Below, piece after piece: positions 23,441 to 33,357 of a stretch of 64,000 nt of DNA; position 1 is the stretch's first letter, and the number at the start of each line of letters is the position of its first letter. The stretch comes from Planctomycetota bacterium. GTDB lineage: Bacteria; Planctomycetota; UBA11346. The stretch covers positions 1 through 64,000 of the forward strand of contig JBBQSO010000023.1 in NCBI GenBank assembly GCA_038213805.1, read 5' to 3'. The notes under the pieces were generated by a model. It searched no databases. It had not been told where the DNA came from and saw only the letters and a program-made list of their open reading frames with translations. The position numbers and the translations under genes were made by a program.

Positions 23441-23467
23441 GCGCACCGGCACATGGTTCCGGTGCGC
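23441..23467 (+). terminator. GC-rich hairpin after the 22918-23430 gene
   Basis: GCGCACCGG...CCGGTGCGC forms a 9 bp stem. No U-tract. Confidence 0.35.
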
Positions 23468-23928
23468 GGAATGTCTCCGCGAAACCATCAGCCTGTGCCA
23501 GCGGCGCGGCCCAAGCCAGCCAAGGGCAGTGCCCTAGCAATATCCACAATGTCCGAGCCGGCATCCCTCCCAATGGGCGATGGAGATTTTGGCTGCTGAA
23601 TCGCGAGCGCCAACGGCGCTCATGATAGCACTCCCTGGAATCGCTCTGGTTCCTGTTGATGGCGCTGCTTTTCAGGATCGACGAACCATACCGCACTGTC
23701 GTGACCCAAGGTCCACAACCTGGTGGGCCATCGACATCGCCGTCGCAAGTCCGAACCGTGCAACCCCGTCGTGTCGCGCAACACAACCTGACCACGTGGC
23801 GCGCTTCCCGCCGGTCCCCGCGTTAGATCCGCCGACCATCCCCCTACTGCCCTGTGGACGCACCGCTCGCCGGTCCGTCTCGGCCGCAGTCACGGTCGTG
23901 GCTTGCCCATCCCTGCGAGGACCATTCC

Positions 23929-26094
23929 ATGCCCACGTCACTGCTCTCCACGCCCACCAGGGCCATCGCCACCCTGGTCCTCGCGCTGTCTTCGACCACG
24001 GCGATGGCCGCGGATGGCGATGGCTTCTGGCACACCGATGGCGGGACGTTGCGCGACGCGGCGGGTAAGGTGGTCCATTTCAGCGGCACCAACTGGAGTG
24101 GCATGGACAGCCCGAACCTGATTCCGCACCGCCTGTGGGGCGGCACCAACCACACCATTGAGAAGCACCTCGACGAGATGAAGGCCGCCCGGCTTAATCT
24201 CATCCGCCTGCCGTTCTCGTCCGAGATCTTCATCCCCGGCCGGAAACCGGACCAGTCAGCGATCGATTCCACCGTCAACGCCGATCTGCTCGGCAAGACC
24301 TGCCTGGAGATCCTCGATCGCATCGTCGCTTCTGCGGGCCAGCGCGGCATCCGCATCATCCTCGACTACCACCGCCGCGTTGCCGGCTCGGCCTCCGAGG
24401 ACGGTCTGTGGTACGATGGCGGCCACCCCGATGCCCAGTGGATCGACAACTGGGTGGCGCTCGTGACCCGCTACAAGAACAACCCGACGGTAGTCGGCGG
24501 CGACCTCTTCAACGAGGTGCACGCATCCGTGACCTGGAACGCCGATGGCGTCGATCCCGACCACAACTGGCGCTGGGCGCTCAAGCGCTGCGGCAACGCC
24601 ATCCTTGCGGTGAACCCCCATTTCCTGATCTGCGCCCAGGGCCTCGACCAATACAAGGGTGAAGGCGCGTGGTGGGGCGAGGTCCATACCGGAGAACACG
24701 ATTTCCCGCTGACTCTCGACGTGCCCAACCAACTGCTCTACGAGATCCACGACTATGGCCCGGTGGTATTTGACCAGCCGTTCCATCAGGCTTCTGCGGG
24801 CTTTCCCGGCAATCTGCCCGGCTTCTGGGATCACTTGTGGGGCCACCTCTTCAAATCCGGCACCGGTCCGGTGTGGGTCGGCGAGTGGGGCAGCTTCCTC
24901 AATGAATCCCAAACCGTCGCCGCCTTCCCCGACAACGCCTCGATGCCCGATCGCGCCCACCGCGAAGTGAATGACTGGTTCCCGACGATGCGCAAGTACA
25001 TCCACGACAACCAGCTGTCGTGGACCTGGTGGACCTGGACCAACGACTCGGGCGACACCGGCGGCCTCCTGAACGAGGACAACACGGTCAACACCGCCAA
25101 GGTCGCGATGATCGCATCGGTCACCTATGCCCCGTTCGCGCCCTCAGGCCCCCTCACCACTCCGGCCAACAGTCCGCCCACCGCGGTCATGACCGCGACG
25201 CCGACCACCGGCACGGCGCCGCTTGTGGTTGCGTTCAACGCCAGCGGCTCCAGCGATCCCGACAGCGACCCGCTGACCTTCGCCTGGTCCTTCGGCGACG
25301 GCAGCGCCACGGCGACCGGCGCCACCGCGAGCCACACTTACACCGCCGCCGGCAGCTTTACCGCCACGGTCACCGTCAGCGACGGCCAGGGTCACAGCGC
25401 CCCTGCTACCAGGGCCATCACCGTCACCAGCGCCGGTGGAGGTGGTGGCGGTGGGTCCGGCAGTGGCTCGAGCACCCCATTCAGCGGCACCGCCATCAGC
25501 CTGCCCGGCACCATCCAGGCCGAGAACTTCGACAATGGCGGCGAGGGCGTCGCCTACCACGACAGTGACGTGATCAACAATGGCGGGGGACGGACCAGCG
25601 ATGGCGTCGACGTGGAGACCGTCGCCGGCGTCACCGACGTCGGTTGGACGGCGACCGGAGAATGGCTGAAGTACTCTGTCGTGGTCGCCAGCACGGGTCA
25701 GTACACCCTCGGACTGCGCGTCGCGAGCGATGGCGGCAGCGCCACCATCCACCTTGAGGACGAGACCGGCGCGCACCTCGGCGGCAGCATCGCCGTCAGC
25801 AGTACCGGGGGCTGGCAGAACTGGACGGTCGTCAGCACCCCCGCCACGCTGAGCGCGGGCAGCCACGTTTACACGGTGGTCTTCGATGCGGTGACCATGG
25901 GCGCCAACCTCGACAAGATCCAGGTCGACGCGGTCTCCACTGGCAGCGGTGGGGGTGGCGGCGGGAGCGGCGGAGGCGGTGGCGCTACCTCCGGCTCTCA
26001 GGGTGGCAGCAGCGGCTGCGGCAGCGGCTTCGCGGTCGCCATCAGCATGGTGATGGCGTTCCTGGGCATGCGCCTGCGCGGCCAGAGGCCGTGA
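23929..26094 (+). CDS. GH5 endoglucanase with PKD and CBM6 domains and a C-terminal membrane anchor
   Basis: NW.G, IRLPFS, ILDYH, DLFNEVH (acid/base Glu), HDYGP, GEWG (nucleophile). PKD: FAWSFGDG..ASHTY. CBM6: IQAENFD, GEWLKY, TGGWQNW. Confidence 0.92.
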   Translation: MPTSLLSTPTRAIATLVLALSSTTAMAADGDGFWHTDGGTLRDAAGKVVHFSGTNWSGMDSPNLIPHRLWGGTNHTIEKHLDEMKAARLNLIRLPFSSEIFIPGRKPDQSAIDSTVNADLLGKTCLEILDRIVASAGQRGIRIILDYHRRVAGSASEDGLWYDGGHPDAQWIDNWVALVTRYKNNPTVVGGDLFNEVHASVTWNADGVDPDHNWRWALKRCGNAILAVNPHFLICAQGLDQYKGEGAWWGEVHTGEHDFPLTLDVPNQLLYEIHDYGPVVFDQPFHQASAGFPGNLPGFWDHLWGHLFKSGTGPVWVGEWGSFLNESQTVAAFPDNASMPDRAHREVNDWFPTMRKYIHDNQLSWTWWTWTNDSGDTGGLLNEDNTVNTAKVAMIASVTYAPFAPSGPLTTPANSPPTAVMTATPTTGTAPLVVAFNASGSSDPDSDPLTFAWSFGDGSATATGATASHTYTAAGSFTATVTVSDGQGHSAPATRAITVTSAGGGGGGGSGSGSSTPFSGTAISLPGTIQAENFDNGGEGVAYHDSDVINNGGGRTSDGVDVETVAGVTDVGWTATGEWLKYSVVVASTGQYTLGLRVASDGGSATIHLEDETGAHLGGSIAVSSTGGWQNWTVVSTPATLSAGSHVYTVVFDAVTMGANLDKIQVDAVSTGSGGGGGGSGGGGGATSGSQGGSSGCGSGFAVAISMVMAFLGMRLRGQRP

Positions 26095-26134
26095 GCGCAG
26101 CTGATGGACGGCGCCGACCGGCGCCGTCCACGGG

Positions 26135-27472
26135 TCAGGCCAAGTCTGGCAGCGGCCGCCGGCCGTCGCCAAAGGCATCGACCGAACAGTCCATGCGCGC
26201 GAGCAGAGCCATCAGCAGGTCGCAGAAATTGCCCTCGCACTGCTGCACGTAACGGCCGGTGCGCAGGCCGCCGGCGTGGCCCGCGACGATCGTCGGCAGA
26301 TTGACGTGGTCGTGAGCATCTCCGTCGCCCATGCCAGAGCCGTACAACACCAGGGTCTGGTCGAGCAACGAGCCGGCACCGTCGCGGGTGGCCTTGAGGC
26401 GGTCGAGGAAGTAGGCGAGCTGGGTCACGTGGTGGATGTTGATGCGCCGGACCTTCTCCAGCTTCTTCGGGTCGTGGCCGTGGTGCGACATCTCGTGGTG
26501 GTTCTCGGGCACGCCGATCTCGGGATAACTGCGCCCAAAAGCCTGGCTGAACATCAGCGTTGAGACGCGCGTGCTGTCGCTCTGATAGGCGAGCGCAATG
26601 AGGTCGAGCATCAGCCGCGCATGCTCGTCAAAGCGCCCGGGGATGCCGGCCGGAACCTCAAGCTGGACGTTGCCGGCGTGGCCGTTGTCCGCGGCCTTGC
26701 GCTCGATGCCCTGAATGCGCGCCTCGACCGAGCGCACGCTGTCGAGGTACTCGTCGAGCTTGCGCCGATCGTCGCTGCTCACCTGCCGGGCAAGGGTCTG
26801 CGCCTGCGCGCCGACCAGGTCGAGGATGCTGCGGTTGAGCGAGGCCTCGCCATAGGCGTTGCGCCCGGTCAGCGACGACGATGAGAACAGGCGGTCGAAC
26901 ACCGCGCGCGGATCGATCTCGCGCGGGTTGGGCTGCGACGGCGAGCGCCAGGAGATGTGCGCGTGGTAGGCGCAGCTGAAGCCCTGGTCACAGTTGCCGG
27001 CAGAGCGCCCCGCCTGCAGGCCGAGCTCGAGTGAGGGCAGCTTGGTCGCCTGCCCGATGCGGGTGGCGATGAGCTGGTCGGCGGAAACCGCATTGTGCAC
27101 CACCTCCGACTGCGCGGCGCTGCCAGTCAGCCAGGTCGCGGTCTCGCGCGCGTGGTGGGCGCGATTGTCGCCCTCGGCCATGCGGTGGCGCAGGCCACCG
27201 AGCACCAGCAGGTCAGCAGCGTGGCGCGCCAGCGGGTCGAGCACGGCGGGTAGCGCGTCGCGGCACAGCGTCAGGTCGGTCTGCGCCGGCGTCGGCCAGA
27301 AATTGGCGTTGTCGACGCCATGCGGCACGTAGATGAAGCAGATGCGCTTCACCGCTGACGATGCGGCTACGCGCGCCGGCGTGTCGGCCCAGCCCATGGT
27401 TTCGAGCAGTGGCAGGGACAGCGCGGCGCCAAGGCCGCGCAGGACGGTGCGGCGGGAGAGCGGCGGGTTCAT
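26135..27472 (-). CDS. DUF1552 (HXXSHH) Tat-signal protein
   Basis: SRRTVLRGLG, SLELG, ISWRSP, HHEMSHH, YGSGMGDG. Confidence 0.92.
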   Translation of the reverse strand: MNPPLSRRTVLRGLGAALSLPLLETMGWADTPARVAASSAVKRICFIYVPHGVDNANFWPTPAQTDLTLCRDALPAVLDPLARHAADLLVLGGLRHRMAEGDNRAHHARETATWLTGSAAQSEVVHNAVSADQLIATRIGQATKLPSLELGLQAGRSAGNCDQGFSCAYHAHISWRSPSQPNPREIDPRAVFDRLFSSSSLTGRNAYGEASLNRSILDLVGAQAQTLARQVSSDDRRKLDEYLDSVRSVEARIQGIERKAADNGHAGNVQLEVPAGIPGRFDEHARLMLDLIALAYQSDSTRVSTLMFSQAFGRSYPEIGVPENHHEMSHHGHDPKKLEKVRRINIHHVTQLAYFLDRLKATRDGAGSLLDQTLVLYGSGMGDGDAHDHVNLPTIVAGHAGGLRTGRYVQQCEGNFCDLLMALLARMDCSVDAFGDGRRPLPDLA

Positions 27473-29856
27473 GGCTGGACCTTGGTGTGGGCTGGCGACG
27501 CGCCCGCGGCGTCCGCGACCTGCTGTCCGACACGGCGGTGGCCGAAGGGGAAGCTGAGCGCGGTCTCGATGACGATGGTGTCGAAGCGCTGGCCACTGGC
27601 CGCGGCCTTGGCGACGATGTCGTCGAGCACCGCGTCGTCGGTGTACTGCAGGGCGCGGCCAAGCGCGTAGGTCAGCACACGCTTGGCGAGCACCCGCGCG
27701 AGGTCGTCGAGATGCTTTGCGATGAGCTTCTTGAGCTCCGCCGGGCCGTCGAACTTCAGCTTGCCGGGCAGCTCGCCGGTGGCGTCGATGGGCGCATCGC
27801 CGAGCTTTTCGCGCCAGTGCGCGTGGCGGTCGAAATTCTCCAGGCCGAAGCCGATCGGATCCATGACGCGGTGGCAGCCGGCGCAGGCCGCGCGCTGGCG
27901 GTGGATTTCCAGCACCTGGCGGTCGGTGGCGTGCGGGTTCTCCTTGCGCGTGAATTGCAGCTGAGGGATATCCGGCGGCGGCGGCGCTGGCGGTTTGTCG
28001 AGCACCTCCTCAACGATCCAGCGCCCGCGCCGGGTCGGGCTGGAGCGGTCCGGGTGGGAGTTCGCGACCAGCAGCGCACCGAGAGTAAGGATGCCGCCGC
28101 GCCGCCCGTCGCTGAGCGGCACCAGGCGCATCTCGTCACCGGTCACGCCGGGAATCTCATAGAACGTCGCCAGCGCCTGATTGAGGAAGGTGTAACCGGG
28201 ATCGATGAAGTCACCAACGCCGCGCCCGTCGCGCAGGATGTGCCCGAACAGCCCGGTGGCCTCGGCGACCATCGCCTGGCGCACGGCGTCCGGTAACTCG
28301 CCGTCGTCGTGGTGCTTCTCGACGCGCCCCGAGGGCTCGACCAGGTTGCGCAGCAGCAGCCACTGACCGGCGAAGTTGTCGATGAAGCCCTGGCAGCGGG
28401 CATCGGCGATCATGCGGACTATCTGTGCCCGCTCGACAGCAGGTTCGTGCAACTGACCGGCTGCCGCGAGTTCCAGGAGCGCCGCGTCGGGCGGGCCCGA
28501 CCACAGGAAATAGGACATCCGGCTGGCCAGGTCGTAGTCGTCGAGGCGGCTGTTGCCGTCGTGGTCGGCGACACCCTCGCGCTCGATGCGGAACAGGAAT
28601 TCCGGGCTGACCAGCACCGCCTTGAGCATCTCCTTGACCGCGCGCGGGAAGCTGCGGCCCTGCTGATCGGCGAGGTCGAATACGCTCAGCAACAGGGCGA
28701 GTTGCGCGGGCGTCGCCGGCCGGCGGTAGGCGCGGCTGGCGAAGCGCTCGGCGATGCGTGCCGCGGCGGCGCGCTTGGCCAACCCCGGCCCAGGGGTGGC
28801 GATCAGCACGTTGCTCGCCGCCGGTGAAGTCCCGCCGGCAAGTCGCAGCACCTCGACGGTCTCGACCACCACGGCGTCGCCGACCAGTCCGGGCGGTCCA
28901 CCCCCCGCGATGGTCACGGTCAGCTGGTGCCCACCAGCTGCCAGCGGCACCGTGCAGGTGATGACGTCGGTAGCGGTAGTCGGGGCGGTAATGCGCGCGG
29001 CGTGGACCTCCTTGCCGTCGACGCGGATGCGCAGCAGCGGCGCCGCGCCATCGCTGCGCTCAGCACCAGCGCGCACCGCGATGACGTGGTCGCCGGCGCT
29101 GGCGACGGTGATCGTGGTGGCAAGGTCCGCTGGACCCTCGATCAGCCGCTGCTTGCCGTCCGGCTTGCCGGCCTGCGTTTTGCCGTCCTGGATGAGATCG
29201 AGCGCGCCGCCGCCGCAACGCAACACGACGCTGTCGGCGAGCAGCGCACGCTCGAGGATGTCGTCGGCCGCGACCAGGTATTTCTCCATCAGAAAGGGCG
29301 ACAACGACAGCGTCTCGGCGATGTTGTCGAAGCCGTCGCTGACGTCGTCCTTGGGGAAGCCTGCGCCCGCCTCGTAGTCGAGGCCGAGCAGGTCGCGGAT
29401 CGAATTGCGGTACTCGCCACGGTTCAGCCGGTGCAGCGTGGTCGGGCCGGCGTCGGGATGGTCGAGGGTCTTCAAGGAGAGGATCCAGGTGCGGATCACC
29501 TGGCGCTCGTCCACACTCGGCTGCTTGGCCTCATCCTCGGGCGGCATGTCGCCGTCTGCGACCTTGCCGGCTACCTGCTTCCACAGCCTGCGCGCGCGCA
29601 GGGCCTCGGCATCGCTGGCGTAGACGCCGAGGTCCAGGTCGCCCTTGTGCTTTTCGAGGTTGTGGCAGCCCGCGCAGTAGGTTGCGAGGAGCGGCTTCAC
29701 CTCATGCTGGTAGCGTTCGCCGAGTGCGGTGGCCACCGCATCGGCGGCACCGGCCACACCGGCCAGACCCAGCAGCGCCACGCACGCAACGATCCGCAGC
29801 GCCGCGCGCCGTGGCGTTGACTTCGAAGCGCTCTCGTGTGCTGCCGACCGGTTCAT
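27469..29856 (-). CDS. DUF1587/1592/1588/1585/1595 protein with c-type heme motifs
   Basis: YCAGCH, RLNRGEYRNSIRDLLG, GFDN, LASRMSYFLWS, FAGQWL, SSPTRRG, CAGCH and DPIGFGLENFD. Start is 29856 or 29922. Confidence 0.92.
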   Translation of the reverse strand: MNRSAAHESASKSTPRRAALRIVACVALLGLAGVAGAADAVATALGERYQHEVKPLLATYCAGCHNLEKHKGDLDLGVYASDAEALRARRLWKQVAGKVADGDMPPEDEAKQPSVDERQVIRTWILSLKTLDHPDAGPTTLHRLNRGEYRNSIRDLLGLDYEAGAGFPKDDVSDGFDNIAETLSLSPFLMEKYLVAADDILERALLADSVVLRCGGGALDLIQDGKTQAGKPDGKQRLIEGPADLATTITVASAGDHVIAVRAGAERSDGAAPLLRIRVDGKEVHAARITAPTTATDVITCTVPLAAGGHQLTVTIAGGGPPGLVGDAVVVETVEVLRLAGGTSPAASNVLIATPGPGLAKRAAAARIAERFASRAYRRPATPAQLALLLSVFDLADQQGRSFPRAVKEMLKAVLVSPEFLFRIEREGVADHDGNSRLDDYDLASRMSYFLWSGPPDAALLELAAAGQLHEPAVERAQIVRMIADARCQGFIDNFAGQWLLLRNLVEPSGRVEKHHDDGELPDAVRQAMVAEATGLFGHILRDGRGVGDFIDPGYTFLNQALATFYEIPGVTGDEMRLVPLSDGRRGGILTLGALLVANSHPDRSSPTRRGRWIVEEVLDKPPAPPPPDIPQLQFTRKENPHATDRQVLEIHRQRAACAGCHRVMDPIGFGLENFDRHAHWREKLGDAPIDATGELPGKLKFDGPAELKKLIAKHLDDLARVLAKRVLTYALGRALQYTDDAVLDDIVAKAAASGQRFDTIVIETALSFPFGHRRVGQQVADAAGASPAHTKVQP

Positions 29857-30118
29857 GCCCCAGGATATTCCGTTGAGCGCCCGCCGCGTTGATGGATTTG
29901 TGCTGAGAGCACGTGCGTTCATGCTTGTGCCGACTGAAGTTGCCCCCGATTGCGCCGCCGCCCGCGCACTCCTGGCGCCAGCTTCCACAACGCCAGACGG
30001 AACGGACGTCGGAAACGCGTGACGTCGGTAGCCAGTCCCCGAGCGTCCGTCTGGAACCACACATCCACCCCGTCCCCCCACTGGCAGCCGCAGGCGCGGG
30101 CACGATAATCCGCTGCGC

Positions 30119-30319
30119 ATGCACATCACCGTCAACGACCAGCCGACCGAGCTGCCCGAGGCCGCCAGCGTCGCCGATCTCATCGCCTCCCTGGCCCTGC
30201 CCGGCACGCGCGTCGCGGTCGAAGTCAATCGCCAGCTCGTCCGCCGCCTCGACCACGCCACCACCACGCTGCTCGCCGGCGACGTCGTCGAGGTCGTGAC
30301 CCTGGTTGGCGGTGGCTGA
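30119..30319 (+). CDS. thiS: Sulfur carrier protein ThiS
   Basis: 66 aa. ITVN, VAVEVN and GDVVEVVTLVGGG C-terminus. Confidence 0.92.
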   Translation: MHITVNDQPTELPEAASVADLIASLALPGTRVAVEVNRQLVRRLDHATTTLLAGDVVEVVTLVGGG

Positions 30320-30324
30320 CCGCC

Positions 30325-32595
30325 TCACCAGTCGCGCTTGGCCCGGTTCGGCGGCCACACCAGCGGCGTCAGCGCGCGGATCGCCGCGATTTCGCGCTGC
30401 GCCGTCGCCTCGTCGCCTGCCAGGCGCGCCGCGGCGATCAGGTCCTCGCGCAGCGAGAGCCGCGTCGGATAGAGCGCCACCACCCGGGCGGCCAGCGCCT
30501 GCGCTTCCTGCGCCGCCTGCATTCCACCCTGGCCGCGCTGCCGCGCGCGCTCGGCAATACGCCGGCGCTGCTCGCCCAACGCCTGGACATAGAGCAGTTC
30601 GCCCGGCCAGCGCGCTGCCAGCACCTCCAGGAAGGGGCCGACCGCATCGAGTTGACGCGGATCGAGGCCGGCAAGGTGCACGGCGATGGCTGCGGCCTCG
30701 TGGTCGACGTCGCGGTCGGCCGGGAAGCGCCCGCCCTCCGCGATCAGCGCGCCCATGGTGGCGAGCGCCACCACCGCCACCTGTTCGTCGCGCACTGAGC
30801 GCGCTGGCGGCTGCCCAGCCCGCTCCAGGGCGATGTCCAGATACTGCTGCGCCGCAGCTCGCTGCTCGGACGTGGCGGCTTGACTGTAGCGGCGCAGGGC
30901 CTCGGCCAGCCCGCGACCCTCGCGCAGCAGTTCCCCGCGCTGGCTGCTCAGCACCACCCCGGCCAGTACGGCGATGAGCACGCTCAGCCCGGCGAGCGCG
31001 CCGATCGTCTGCCGGCGCGGCGAGGTCGGCCATACCACCTGCGCGCCGCGTTGCTGCGCGAGCCCGAGCATCGCCACCAACGCCAACACGCCCACGACCT
31101 GGGCGCTGTGCAGGTGGAAGTCGGCCTGGGCGTGCAGCAGGCAGGCGAGCACCCCGGCGAAACATGCCGCCGGCCGCGGCGTCGGCAGCCGACGTACCGC
31201 CAGCAGAGCGGCGGCGACCAGCACGACGAAACCAGCCGCCCAGCCCAACCGCACCCGCGGCAGATCGCCGAGCGGATAGGATGCGAAACCCGAGCCGAGC
31301 TGACCAAGGCCCACCACCACCAGGGCGAGCGCAGCGATCCCGGCGCCCAGGGCGCCCAGGGTCTCGGCTGCGTCGGCGCGCCCCCCCAGCTGCCCTTCAC
31401 CAGCAAAGGACTGTGGCGCCGCAGGGCCGGTGTCCTCCGGCGAAGCTCCCGCGCGGATCTCCCGCGCCGCACCTGGCCTCAGTCGCACCAGCAGCACCGC
31501 CCACCACGCCAGCAGGACAAGCGCCACCGGCACGCCCAGATCGGCCGCCGCCTGCAGGGTCTCCTGGTGCGCGAAAATGGTGTCCTCGACCCACGCCGGC
31601 TTGAGTCGCGGGAAGGCGGTCTCAAAGCCGTTCACCCCGAAACCGCACCACGGTCGTTCCGCGATCATGGCGCCAGCGGCCTGCCAATAGCCGAGCCGGA
31701 CATCGGCGCTGGCCACCGCGTGCGTGCGCACCCACGGCACCAACGCCGCCACCGCGCAGATCGCCAGCAGGCCAGTGACGATCGCCGCGCGCCAGCGCCA
31801 CGCGGGGATGAGCAGGACGCCGGTGACCGCCAGCGCCACGAGCAGAGCCAGGATGCCGGCCTTGGAGCCGCTGCAGGCAAGCGCGACGCTGGCCAGGGCG
31901 AGCAGCGTCCCCGCCGTCCAGCGCGCCACGCCGCGGCTGCGCCACGCCAGGTCGGCGAGCAGCGGCCACAACGTGATCAGGTAGGCGGCGAGGGTGTTGG
32001 CGAGCAGGAACGAACCTTCCAACCGCCACGACGCGACGCGCACCGCGAACTGCTCGCGCAGGTCGTCACGGCCGACCAGGTTGGGATCGTCACGAAAGGC
32101 CCGCTGCAGCGCGGCGCGCTCCCACACGCCTTGCCCCACGAGCACGAGCAATTCGCCGGCCAGCCCACCGAGCAACCCCGCCACCAGCAGCCCAGGCCGG
32201 GCGCGGATCACCGGCCACAGCGCCCACGCCGCGCCCAGGTGCAGCACCCAAGCCGCCCACAGCGCCCACGCCGCAGCCGGCAGCGGGCTTCGCCAGCACC
32301 CCCACGCTGCCACGATCAGGACCGCCGCGCCGAGCCAGGCAGGTTGTAGCCGGAACCAGGGCGATCCGGCCCCCGACACGGACGGTTCTGCCGCAAAGCC
32401 GCGGCAGAGCAGGCCGGTGGCGAGCGCCGCCGCCAACAGGACCAGGTAGAAGAGATTGCCGAGGTCGGTGGCCTCGCCGCTCCAGATCAGCGGGCGCAGC
32501 AAGGGCAGGATGACCAGCCAAGCGCCCCCGACGCGCACCAGGCCACGCTGCAGGCGGAGGTCTGCGGAAGCTGCGAGGGGCGGGGCTTTAATCAA
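30325..32595 (-). CDS. O-antigen ligase (Wzy_C) family polytopic protein, candidate protein O-oligosaccharyltransferase
   Basis: GSFLLANTLA, SGSKAG, VRLGYW, RPWCGFG, AHQETLQ...DLG and LHAQADFHLH, plus a helical C-terminal domain. TTG start is uncertain. Confidence 0.85.
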   Translation of the reverse strand: MIKAPPLAASADLRLQRGLVRVGGAWLVILPLLRPLIWSGEATDLGNLFYLVLLAAALATGLLCRGFAAEPSVSGAGSPWFRLQPAWLGAAVLIVAAWGCWRSPLPAAAWALWAAWVLHLGAAWALWPVIRARPGLLVAGLLGGLAGELLVLVGQGVWERAALQRAFRDDPNLVGRDDLREQFAVRVASWRLEGSFLLANTLAAYLITLWPLLADLAWRSRGVARWTAGTLLALASVALACSGSKAGILALLVALAVTGVLLIPAWRWRAAIVTGLLAICAVAALVPWVRTHAVASADVRLGYWQAAGAMIAERPWCGFGVNGFETAFPRLKPAWVEDTIFAHQETLQAAADLGVPVALVLLAWWAVLLVRLRPGAAREIRAGASPEDTGPAAPQSFAGEGQLGGRADAAETLGALGAGIAALALVVVGLGQLGSGFASYPLGDLPRVRLGWAAGFVVLVAAALLAVRRLPTPRPAACFAGVLACLLHAQADFHLHSAQVVGVLALVAMLGLAQQRGAQVVWPTSPRRQTIGALAGLSVLIAVLAGVVLSSQRGELLREGRGLAEALRRYSQAATSEQRAAAQQYLDIALERAGQPPARSVRDEQVAVVALATMGALIAEGGRFPADRDVDHEAAAIAVHLAGLDPRQLDAVGPFLEVLAARWPGELLYVQALGEQRRRIAERARQRGQGGMQAAQEAQALAARVVALYPTRLSLREDLIAAARLAGDEATAQREIAAIRALTPLVWPPNRAKRDW

Positions 32596-32676
32596 TGTGG
32601 CCTAACCGTCGACGGCCTGAGGCTGCGGCCAAGTCGAATCCCGGGTCCACCGGGCTGCCCTCCGCGGGTCGCGGCT

Positions 32677-33357
32677 TCAGGGTCCGGGCAGGACGGTGGT
32701 GACGTTGAAATCGTCCAAGGTCGCGACGTTCGGGTCCTGCGATGTCGACGGCGCGCCCGGATCGGGAGGCAGCGGGAAATCGCTGGCCTTCACCGGGTTC
32801 CACTTCGACGTGTCCGAGGTCCAGTGCAGAATGAGGTCGTCGCTCTTCTGGTTCGGCGTACCGGCGCTGCTGCGGAACATGATGTCGCGGGTGTACTTCG
32901 CGACACCTCCAGCGCCTCCGCCCACGGGACCATTGGCGATCTTGAACTCGAACACATTGCTGGGGTAGTTGCCGAAGAAATCGATGATGTGCGTCGCGGT
33001 CTGCTGGGCATCGGCCGGCGAACAGGTGCCGACGCCGGTCATCTTCACCAGGCGGGTGACGCTGAGGTCGATGAACTGCTTGTTCACCGAGTGGCCACGT
33101 TTGAAGAGGTAGCTCCAGGGGTCCTTGGTGAAGTCCGACGCGGTCGCGTCACCGGCATCGCCCAGCACCGGCCACGCGTCGAAATACGTCGACAGCGCCA
33201 ACGAGATGTCGGCCATCGCTGCCTTGGTCTGCGCGACGCGCGACAGGCGCTTGAGGATGGAGAGCGTGGCCAGGATCATCGAAGCGAGGATGGCGATCAC
33301 CACGATCACGATCATCAGTTCGATAAGAGTGAAGCCACGGCGGCGGAACGACGGCAT
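32677..33357 (-). CDS. Prepilin-type N-methylation domain protein
   Basis: RRRG/FTLIELMIVIVVIAILA. Confidence 0.9.
   Translation of the reverse strand: MPSFRRRGFTLIELMIVIVVIAILASMILATLSILKRLSRVAQTKAAMADISLALSTYFDAWPVLGDAGDATASDFTKDPWSYLFKRGHSVNKQFIDLSVTRLVKMTGVGTCSPADAQQTATHIIDFFGNYPSNVFEFKIANGPVGGGAGGVAKYTRDIMFRSSAGTPNQKSDDLILHWTSDTSKWNPVKASDFPLPPDPGAPSTSQDPNVATLDDFNVTTVLPGP

Noticed and set aside
29923..30118. TPP riboswitch upstream of thiS
   Set aside because: No CTGAGA...ACCTGA...GCGTAGGGA core arrangement in the leader.
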